Shown here piece by piece: positions 11,651-21,190 of a DNA stretch of 64,000 nucleotides; position 1 is the first letter of the stretch, and the number at the start of each line of letters is the position of its first letter. Origin of the DNA: Catajapyx aquilonaris (lineage: Eukaryota); assembly GCA_000934665.2 (NCBI GenBank), contig KZ538027.1, positions 1-64,000 of the forward strand, given 5' to 3'. The notes beneath the pieces were generated by a model that was not told the DNA's origin, searched no databases, and saw nothing but the letters and a program-made list of their open reading frames with translations. The position numbers and the translations under genes were made by a program.

Positions 11651-12061
11651 TTCTTCTTCTTCTTATGCAGATAGATGAGAAGGGGACTGTGCACAAAGAC
11701 AAGGCGGATGATCTGATTAGTCAAGTACCTGCAGGTCATTTGCAGAATGCATTGGTTGCATTGAAGAAGGAGTGTCTCGATGAGCGTAAGTCCTGAGTAC
11801 CATACAGTATATTAGTGTACGTTGCTTGTCTCACACAGTTTTACCATCTTTCAGATGAGTCGATTGATGTATCCAAGCCTGATTGTTCAGGATTGACAAA
11901 ATTAGCATTGTGCATGAATCGCACCATGCGCACGGTGAGGAAACTACTTCATGTAATATTTTCATAAGCAGTTATGCCACTAATTACAATTTGCTTACTT
12001 TCAGGAATGTGCAAATTTTATTACATACATCAAGGATTTCATGGAGCACATGCGAAGCTAA
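11228..12061 (+). CDS. OBP-like secreted 8-Cys protein, copy C2 (151 aa, intact)
   Basis: Exons 11228-11287, 11342-11449, 11523-11558, 11671-11785, 11855-11934, 12005-12061. Sequence MMGNNCLQLLLVVLLLQNPQEIYG-QDEKICEFGSPEL...CWLRCFTEKIGIIDEKG...ECLDEHESIDVSKPDCSGLTKLALCMNRTMRTECANF. Confidence 0.85.
11572..11663. repeat. (ATT)n about 26 units plus short (TTC)n microsatellite in intron 3 of C2
   Basis: Directly visible; paralogous to 6581-6650. Confidence 0.98.
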
Positions 12062-12470
12062 ATGAAGTATCGCCCATCAGGCTTGGATATAATGTCATCA
12101 TCCCTGGCATGGCTTGAATAAGTTGAATTAAATAAAAAAAAGTACCACCAGCACACCTCTTTCTCTCTAAATTCGTGAGACAGTCGTATGACATCTCTCT
12201 CAATTGATTTTACAGGTCAAGTGACTCTAAGTTTCCATAGTGAGGTCGCTACAACAGGACATGCAATGAAAGTAATAACAATTAATTGGGGCAGAACACC
12301 TAGGGACAATACGTCTTGCCGATTGAGACATATTTGGAGTGACAGTAATCAATGTTGACAAAATTTCATATGTCGAAACTCCAAAGAGTAGGCCAATTAC
12401 ATCATTAAGACATGACCTTCATGATATAGAAGCCAATTTGATGCCTAATCCACATTAGACCATCAGCATC

Positions 12471-13565
12471 ATGTACACCTCCTGCCTTGTCATTTTTCTT
12501 GTAGGTAAGTACAGTACATATTCAGGAGAGTAAGCACCTGACGAAATACATATCACATCGGACATACTGCAGTACAACTATACAAGTGACTTGACAACAA
12601 CAACAACAACATCACGACATTTCCATATGAGGGGTAGTCAGCGATGAAGGGAGACGCAAGCCAACCCAACATATGAACTAATAAAACTCATGAGAATAAA
12701 CCTAAAAACAACCTGTCCCACCCCCTACCCCTGCCCACCCCAGACAAATTGAAGATATTGGTAAATGTTTAACTTTCCAGTAATTCCTGGTCATCCGAGT
12801 GTTCAAAGCGAATCCATCGTCCCAACACAAGAGAATCCATGCATTTGCAGCTTAGATGGCTGGCAGAGGCAGCTGGCCAAAGAGCTCTTGGACAAGGACC
12901 TCTCCCGCTTGTCTCCAGAGCAGAGAACAAAAGCCCAGCTCAAACTGGGTCAAAATGGAGTCATACTGGTTCCAGGTCACATTCCAGATGTTAGAGCATC
13001 CACACACTTTCCTGGTCTCATGCTGGGTGAGGCAGGACATCCTTTGTCCTGTATGTGCCAAGCTGGTAAGCAAATGGTAATTTCATAGAAAAATAAATGC
13101 ACACGACTTTATCAGACAGATTTCCTTATTTATGGTCAAGGTTCACGTGTGATCTATGAAGTGATAGTGACGGGTGCCAAGTGGCACAAGTCCCTTCAGG
13201 ATCCCGAATCATTACTCTTTGAGCAGCTGTCCATGTATGTGAGCCACCACCTGGACACCATCTTCTCCTTGTCCCCTGCTCCTCAAACGCCCCTCCAGCC
13301 ATCCGCCTATGTCCGATCAATTGTTCTCAGCTACTCACGCTACCGGCAATCAGAAGTGTCAGCTACCATCGAGACACAGCTCAGCATTCGCATGCTCAAA
13401 GCAGGCGATAAAGTCAGGTCTGCCTTCGTCAAGTCCATCTTCAAGGGGATCGAGCTGGAACCGGAGCCCAAGAAGGACGATCAACCCCTGCCCTTTCTTC
13501 CTCTTACGCTGATCCTGGAGAAACCTTTCCGTGATATCACTGGCAGCTGCAATCGGTGCCATTGA
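12471..13565 (+). CDS. Secreted SEA-like domain protein, paralog 1 (247 aa as written; possibly frameshifted near the 3' end)
   Basis: Exons 12471-12504 (MYTSCLVIFLV), 12781-13065 and 13141-13565 joined by phase-1 introns. Segment KWHKSLQDPESLLFEQLSMYVSHHLDTIF resembles the first helix region of SEA domains. Strongly similar to the 14278 paralog. Confidence 0.7.
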
Positions 13566-14277
13566 GATCTGCATCAAAGCATCCAACGGCTAAGAACAAC
13601 TCTGCTACTACAACAGTACTCGGGAGGTCAATCGGACGTAAGGGCAAGACATTCAGAAGAAACTGCTGAAGCGATGCATGGTCATTGTCCCTCCACATGT
13701 GACATACCTTCTATTATTACCAGTATCACGCAACAATATTATTGTTGATGTCATTTCTACTACTACTACTGCTTCAATAAAAAGTTCAATTTCTGCAACA
13801 TGTAATGTAAACTCATTGCTTTTGCCATTCATGTCCAAGTCCAGCAGGACCTGTTTGACGTCATACACGACACCTTAGGAGTGACGTCTTAAGAAATCTA
13901 GGAGCAAATCTGCCATTGATTTACTCCAAGTCATGCAATGCTAAGGAGTTTCCATAGTGAGAATAACATAGGGGGTTGCTACAACAGGTGGCTGCCTTGG
14001 ACATGCAAAAAGAAAGGAAGGTAACGTAACGACGGAAAGGAAAATAAGTACACAAGAGGACCAGTTAAGGTGAATTATGACTTGACAGTTCTGATTAATG
14101 GGATGGGAGTATCCAGCACTGACGAAAGAACTTGTATCCAAAAAGTTGGCCATTTCTGTCACTTGTACATGGCCAACATGTGAGTATGCACATTTTGCAT
14201 TCAATGCACCTTCATAATACATTCTCAGGAGGAGCAAAATTTTCAGTGCCTACTATCCGACCACCAGTGCTTGCATC

Positions 14278-15577
14278 ATGTACACCTTCTGCCTCATCGT
14301 ATTTCTGATCATAGGTAAGTAATTACTGCAATCTTATGTAACTAGTAGTCATTTTCACGCTGGCTCCCCACAACCAGTAATACCTGGCCATCCGAGGGTA
14401 CAAGGCGAATCCATCCCGGCGCAAGAGAACCCATGCATGTGCACCTTAGATGGCCGACAGAGACAGCTTGCCCTCAAGCTTTTGGACAAAGAACTATTCC
14501 GCCTGACTCGCGAGCAGAGGACTAAGGCCAAGCTCAAACTGGGACAAAACGGAGCCATCCTGATTCCGGGTGACGTTCCGGCAGTTAAAGCAGCCACGTA
14601 CTTTCCTGGGCTCATGCACAGTGATGCCGGAAAACTGCTGCTGTGCACATGCCAAGCTGGTAAGCAACGTCAGGAAAAATTGTGGTACGGACTTATTTTT
14701 CTTTTTGTTAGGTTCCCGTGTGATCTACGAAGTAACAGTGACGGGTGCCAAGTGGCACGAGTCGCTCCTGGATCCCGAGTCATTATTCTTCGAGCAGCTG
14801 TCCACGTACGTGAGCCACCACCTGGACAGCATCTTCTCCCTGTCCCCTGCACCGCAAACACCGCTCCAGCCATCCGCCTATGTCCGATCCATCGTCCTCA
14901 GCTATTCACCCTACCCTCCGAAAGGAGTGTCGGCTACCATCGAGACACAGCTCAGCATTCACATGCCCGATGCAGTCCTCAAAGTCAGGTCGGCCTTCAT
15001 TAAGTCCATCTTCAAGGGGATCAACCTAAAACCAGCGACTAACAATGACAACATGAAGCATCGTAAACCCCTACGCTTTCTTCCGCTTATACTGGTCCTG
15101 GAGAAGCCTTTCCGCGATGTGTCTGAAAGAAGGGTAAAAAGGGCCGCCACGAAGAAGGACAACACCGAAGAGGTTCTGGAGCAGGTTGGAGGAGCATGGA
15201 GAGGTACGTAGCCAAACACGTCGTGAACCCAGTAAATAATTACACAATTTGAGGTTCCGCAACAGTGCCACATTTTTCTAACACAAATTTCTCCCCCATC
15301 TGGACCAATTCCAGACACATCTTACAAAGGTGTAAGGTTTGGAGAAACGCCAGACAATCTCTATTACGTTACCATACCCGCATTTGTAGGTAGGCACAAT
15401 CCTAGTCATGCACGTCCGCACCAACAGCACTACAATAACATGCCAGATACTAACCCGCTAAATTTTTCAGGGCTGATGATACTGACGTGCCTCATTTTCT
15501 TCATGACAAAAATCAGAAGCCGGTTTTGCAACTGTTGCGGGGGACAAAAAATCATTGAAGGGAAAGAACAGCTGTGA
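14278..15577 (+). CDS. Type-I membrane SEA-like domain protein, paralog 2, isoform a (330 aa)
   Basis: Exons 14278-14314, 14378-14659, 14712-15203, 15315-15389, 15471-15577, all phase 1. Signal peptide, CMC...CTC domain, SEA-like domain, RRVKR, TM LYYVTIPAFVGLMILTCLIFFM and tail TKIRSRFCNCCGGQKIIEGKEQL*. AATAAA at about 15718. Confidence 0.8.
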
Positions 15578-15795
15578 AAATTGTCATGGTGCACGATTTG
15601 TCAACTGTCTTTAAGTTGTAAAATGACCGTTAATTTTGTTACGGCAGCAGGAGATTGTCTGTGTATTTTTAATGTTCAGCACATAACGTTTCCTGTTTCA
15701 TGCACGCGTAACATTACGAATAAAGTTAGCCTTTCCCCCGACTCATGATGTTCCCGGAAATCAATCCCGCCTCTCTTGTTTCTGCTCCCAATAAG

Positions 15796-16326
15796 AGGAT
15801 CCCGAAGTGTCCCCCAACAAGAGGAGACGTCCATGGAAGAGGCCGTGGAAGAGGCCTGGGACGCAGCCTTGGCGACCTGAGGCGGACGAACCCTCGCCCA
15901 CACCCGGGCCCCAAGAAAACAAATATTACTTCTTAACCGTCACAATTCCAACGGCCCTAGGTAAAAGCGAGTCATCATTTTCAATTGGACAGATTAGCCA
16001 CTAATTATTACAGAAAAGCTCATTATGGTCGCAACACTTATTCCATTCTTATTACAAAAGCTGCTCACTAAATTTTGTGCAGTATTTGCCCCTCTTCTCA
16101 GCACCCCATATTTATCAACTATTTATAATTAGAATTAATACATTAAATATTTAAACATTAAAAAAAAAATGGAATAATAACTCCCCCAAGTCTGCTACTC
16201 CCAGGCCTTTGCGGGACGATCTGCCTCTGCATATGCGGCACCAGGGTCCACGGGTGCCTCTGCAACTGCTGCGGCGGAGGAGAGGTCGATCGTGATCAGG
16301 AAGATGAAGAGGACGATGTGACCTGA
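15796..16326 (+). CDS. Alternative terminal exon pair (isoform b, 365 aa) of paralog 2: second stalk, TM and Cys-rich tail
   Basis: Exons 15796-15960 and 16205-16326, both phase 1 and compatible with the donor at 15203/15204. Encodes ...ENKYYFLTVTIPTALG|LCGTICLCICGTRVHGCLCNCCGGGEVDRDQEDEEDDVT*, colinear with the isoform-a tail. Confidence 0.7.
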
Positions 16327-16412
16327 GAGGTCATTTTTCTTTAAAAAAAAGTGACCAGAACTTTTCAAGAAGAACAAGAAAACGTTCGATTCGAATCAGC
16401 GCCGGACTAGAT

Positions 16413-16424
16413 CAAAGATGGCGG
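16413..16424 (+). promoter_or_regulatory. YY1/Pho-type motif (AAGATGGCGG) in the likely CHMP2B promoter or 5' UTR
   Basis: Consensus AANATGGCG, typical just downstream of housekeeping transcription starts. The CHMP2B ATG exon has a splice acceptor at 16650, implying an upstream non-coding exon. Confidence 0.5.
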
Positions 16425-16652
16425 ACGGAAATGAACTTTGCTTTTTAAATGAATTTATTTTAATGGGTCGATTTTAACAGAAGTGTGTACATTTTTTTTA
16501 AATTGTTTTTATGAGCATTAAATGTGGGTTTTTTTTAAATGGAGAGTTTTTTTGGGGGATTGTGATGTAATTTTTTTGGTGATTCATTTTCAACGTGACT
16601 TTTTTTTCGAGGCGAAACGCGAAAGTTCGTTCGAATTTTTCTGTTTGCAGAG

Positions 16653-17561
16653 ATGAATTTCTTTGGGAGCAAACCGACTGCAAAAGGTGAATATATTTGG
16701 CGTAAAATCTCTCATAGAACGTGGTGGAATCAGACTGTCTAAATAATAAACCGCACTAGTGACTAGTGCACCGACAAGTATTACTGCACGGTTTAATTGT
16801 ATGTGAAATTGTGAATAATTGCAGAGCAAATGAGAGAGAACGACCGGATGCTGCGGAAGGCAGGACGGGACATTGAGAGGGATCGGAGGCAACTGGAGAT
16901 GGAGGAGAAGAAGCTGGTAAGCGCAATTGTCGGTAAAAAAAAGGGTACGTAACGATATGACAAGTTACATTTCATTGATAGGAATTGGAGATAAAGCAGA
17001 TGGCAAAAGCGGGGAACAAGGCTGCGTGCGGGGTACTTGCGAAACAGCTGGTGCAGCTTCGTAAGCAGAAGTCTCGCACGCATACGGCAACCGGTAAGGT
17101 TAAGTCGGTGGGTTTCCAGGCGAAGTCGATGCAGGCTAATGTGAAGTTGGCCGATGCTATGAAGACGACCTCAAAGACTATGGGAGATATGAACAAGATG
17201 ATGAAGCCGCAGGACATTGCGAATACCATGAAGGAGTTCCAGGCTGCTTCCGCTAAGATGGAAATGAGTGATGAGATGATGAACGATGCGCTGGAGGATA
17301 TACTGGACGAGTCGGGAGATGAGGAGGAGTCTGATTTCCTGGTGCAGAAGGTGCTGGATGAGATTGGCATCGAGATGTCCGGAAAGGTGATCTTAATCAC
17401 TGCGAAAATTTTGTTTGGACAGAAACTTAACAATGTACTGCTTACAGGTTCGTGGTGCTCCGATGGCTCAAGGAGAAATCGGCGAGTCGTCCGCATCCAA
17501 GCAAAGGACGGACGAGATCGAGGCACAGTTGGCCCGACTTCGCAATCTCGACGCACAATAA
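16653..17561 (+). CDS. CHMP2B: Charged multivesicular body protein 2B (ESCRT-III, Snf7 family), 214 aa
   Basis: Exons 16653-16686, 16825-16916, 16982-17386, 17448-17561. Sequence MNFFGSKPTAKEQMREND...LELEIKQMAKAGNKAACGVLAKQLVQLRKQKSR...DEEESDFLVQKVLDEIGIEMSGK, with a C-terminal MIM1-like DEIEAQLARLR. Confidence 0.95.
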
Positions 17562-17591
17562 TTCTGAAGCCATTTTGCTAAACTGGCCCCT

Positions 17592-17720
17592 GTTTACATG
17601 TGAGCGACTTGATCAGCTGTGTGCAGCCATGAAATCAATTGTTTGGGAGCGAAAACGCTATTGTTACATTCGCCCCAAATAATTGGGTTTCATTGCTGAG
17701 CAAATCGCTCACATGTAAAC
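17592..17720. repeat. Imperfect inverted repeat (MITE-like hairpin) in the CHMP2B 3' UTR
   Basis: Left arm gtttacatgtgagcga...atgaaatcaattgtttgggagcgaa pairs with ttcgccccaaataattgggtttcat...tcgctcacatgtaaac. The outer 16 bp are perfect. Confidence 0.85.
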
Positions 17721-20700
17721 GCGGAATTAAGGTATTCATGTAAATAATTGCAGCTGAGTCATCACATTGGTGACATTTTGCATTTGATTGTCACAGAATT
17801 TATTACATATATCCAGATTGTTTCATATGGTGTCATTAAATGATTAAATGCACAATTATTTTGCAGTTGTTTGTACCAAAACCTAATTTCTTCCATCACA
17901 CACTGTTTTGATTTAATTGTAATCATGCGGTGAAAATGATTTCAAATAATTTATTCCATAATCACATGAAAATTGGATTTAGCCACTTTATTTTACTGTT
18001 TTAAAAAGTTGTGCACATTTACGAGTACACTTGTCTTACAAGACTTGACATAAAGTCGATTTAGAAATTTTAATGATTAATAACTGATATTTTTTGCACC
18101 TATTTCAATTATTTATGCCAATGAATCGCCTTTCGATGCGTCACCTGAAATTCACAATTTGCGACCACTCGCCACACCTGTAAACCGTAATAATTAAATC
18201 TCACTTACCCATCTGTACATGATTCTGCAATCGAACACCACAACTAAATAAAAATACGCCAGGCAATTATCCCACAGACTTAAGGTAACACTTAATTAAT
18301 TTTGCACTCTAGGACAGCAGCCAATTACAATAATTTAACAACAAAGAGGACTTTTTCTTTATTATTCCATCCACTCTATAGTGCTCACTACATATTCATC
18401 ACGTGTACTTGTACGTATAGAATCGTAACAAGATTATAATATCAAATATTTTGACTGTTGCACGAAACATACTCTCCCCAATCACTAACATCATACCAAT
18501 AGCAAAATTCCATTTGTGGGTCATTCAAGATCATATAAAGTCAATGGAGCGTCTCCCTTGTACGTACTTCAATGAAAATCCTAGTAACTTTGAACGTCCG
18601 AGGAGCTCTCAGCATTTTTAAAAACGGTAAATTCAGGAACAATTCACTTGCGATGATACCAAGTTGTTATTAGCTCTTCCTCCCACCAAATTTATCCAGC
18701 TGTTTATTTTCTAAAGAAATTATTTGGTTGCGTCAATTACAATTGGAGCGAAAAATGTCGTAAGGTTAATAATTCGACTGGCAATTAAGCGTCAATTAGC
18801 GAAACCTGATAATTAGAAATGAACCAGCAACATTTTTATGCTACCCAGCAATTATTAACTCAACGTTTAATTTTTTTTAAACAATCATGCAATTAAAAAC
18901 AAAAATCTCGCACAACTTCTGCAAAATTGAAAAAAAAAACATTGCAAACAAGGTAGAAAAATTGAGCAGTATGGAAAAAAAATTTATGCATACTTTCCAC
19001 TTTTATTTAATTAGTACAATATTTATTATTTAATATTTTTTTGCATTTTTAATCCCCTATTGGTGTTCAAGGGGGGGTCAAAATATAACAGGAGCAAAGT
19101 TTGTGTCAACTCCCTGAGGTAGCCAGCACAAATAAATCAAAAAAAACACCGGGGAAATACAGTCAGGAAAAACAAAAAAAAATTATGTATTGACTATGAG
19201 TTGTTGGGAAGGTCGACTAAACATTGTTCGCAAAACAGGGTTACAATTTTTGTTTAAATATATATTTAAAAAAAAAAAGAAACAAAAAAAAATCAACCCT
19301 TTCCTAAAAACTCGAGTTATTTTCCTGGTAATATTTCCGCACCTTTCCCCGCATTTTTCTTCTTCAAAATATCAAGACAGTACGTGTGTGTATCCTTTTT
19401 GAGATCACATTTACTGGCTAACGTTCAGAAACGGGCAGAGCCGCCAAAAAACCTTTTTTTTTTTTTTTGGGATCACAAAAATTCTATCCAAAAAAAAAAA
19501 ATTTCCACATTTTCTAGACAAAAACACCCCCATTCGCATATGTCGGTGGGAGAGAGAGAAAAAAAAAATGCTGGCATTGTGCATTTAAAAATTAATCAGT
19601 CTATTCTGAATGTAAGGGGGGCGGGGAGAAGAAAAAAATCAAGTCGCCAGAATTTTTTTAGGAAGAAACTTTCCACCGAGCAACGAACAGCAATGAATTG
19701 ACTCGACTAATCGGACGCAAATTTATGCAAAAACCTTGCATAAATTTGCATCCAATTAATTAAGCCGATTTGTCGCAAACCAGTCACTCGGATTTCAACT
19801 GATATTTTTTTTAAAAAGCAAGAGTCAAAAAGGATGCAATGATATGGAAGATTCTCACTTAAACGCTACAAAATAAATCGGTCAATACTGATGCATATTT
19901 AGAATATATCTTTTTATATTGTAGAAAAAATTGATTAATATTATTTTTTTTTGTTTCCTCACTTTTGTTTCTGGAAGCAACAAAAAAAGGGCGGGGCAAT
20001 GAAGCGTCAGTACTAGATCTAAAATGAAACGCAACATGACTGAACACTTCCTTCCGAAAAAATTTTAAGGAAAAACAATTGCTTGCACACACACACAAAG
20101 CTTCACTGAAGCAAGAAAAATATCATTTTAAAATGACCTAATTTTTCAATATTGGATACAAATATCTGGTAATAAATAGGTCATGCAATGGACCTGCTAG
20201 ATTTTTTAAACTTTTTATCAATATATAATTTTATTCCATTTCAATAAGTAGAAGACTCAAAAAAATTTAAAAAAAAGATGTCGTCAATCGAAGGGAAAAA
20301 AAAACCCCCAAGCTTTGTGGCTTCAGTTTTTCCAGGCCATTCACCAAGTATATTCAACGTACGGAAAAGTCAGCCAAAGTGGCTCTGTGATTATTTTTTT
20401 TTTAACTGAATGATTAAGCAGCTATGAATTCAATTCGCAATATAATTACAACTTTTGATCAACAAACCGAAAGCTGCAGCAAAATATTCTGATGCAAATG
20501 GACAACGCTTAAAAAAATTAACCGCAAGCCTGGAGCAGAGAGGAAATAGTTTTAAAACGTTCAAAGTAGACGTACTTTGTGAATGATCCCCTTTCATCCA
20601 AGTTTTAACATTATCTTAAAAAAATTGCTTATGACTACCAAAAAAAAAAATGTAGGTAAACTGGCGGTAAACAGAGGGAGAACATACGTTTAAAAAAAAA

Positions 20701-21190
20701 AAAATCGACAATAAACCAGAAAACTTGGGTAAACATTCTCAAGTCTTATTTACTAACACATCACAGTCAATAATAGCATATGCCATACAAAAAATACCCC
20801 CCCTTGCCCTAAACATTATTATTTTTTTTCTTCGCTTTGTTTTCTTTACGAAACTGTACATCCTACAAGGGAAAGATCACAGACATATAGGCATCACACA
20901 GTCGAAGCCAGCAAGTAAATTTCCCCCAATATTATAACCTGGGTTTCATCACCGTTTTTCCAAATTTCCGAACACAAGGTCTCTTCTACGCAAACCGCAA
21001 CTCCATGCAATATTCTCCGTCGTTTTTTCCATCGCTCTCGACTCCGACAAACTTATTTAAAAAAAAAGAAGTGATACCTGAGTACGGATTTTGGATTGAT
21101 TTGTAGGAGGGTAGGGACAACAAATATGGGTCGCTTTTTTAGGGGGGTTGGAAGGGGGTAGTAGGATGGTTGGCACTTATTTCACTGTCC

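Noticed and set aside
11496..11796. Poly-Ile / poly-Asn ORFs
   Set aside because: Translations of the intronic (ATT)n microsatellite.
13563..13565. TGA as selenocysteine or readthrough (the frame stays open for about 60 further codons)
   Set aside because: No SECIS recognised, and similarity to the paralog and splice phase favour a frameshift explanation.
16195..16377. Minus-strand ORF with a signal-like hydrophobic stretch
   Set aside because: Better explained as the antisense of the plus-strand terminal exon 16205-16326, which has clear paralogy to 15471-15577.
16972..17556. 194-aa minus-strand ORF
   Set aside because: Antisense shadow of CHMP2B.
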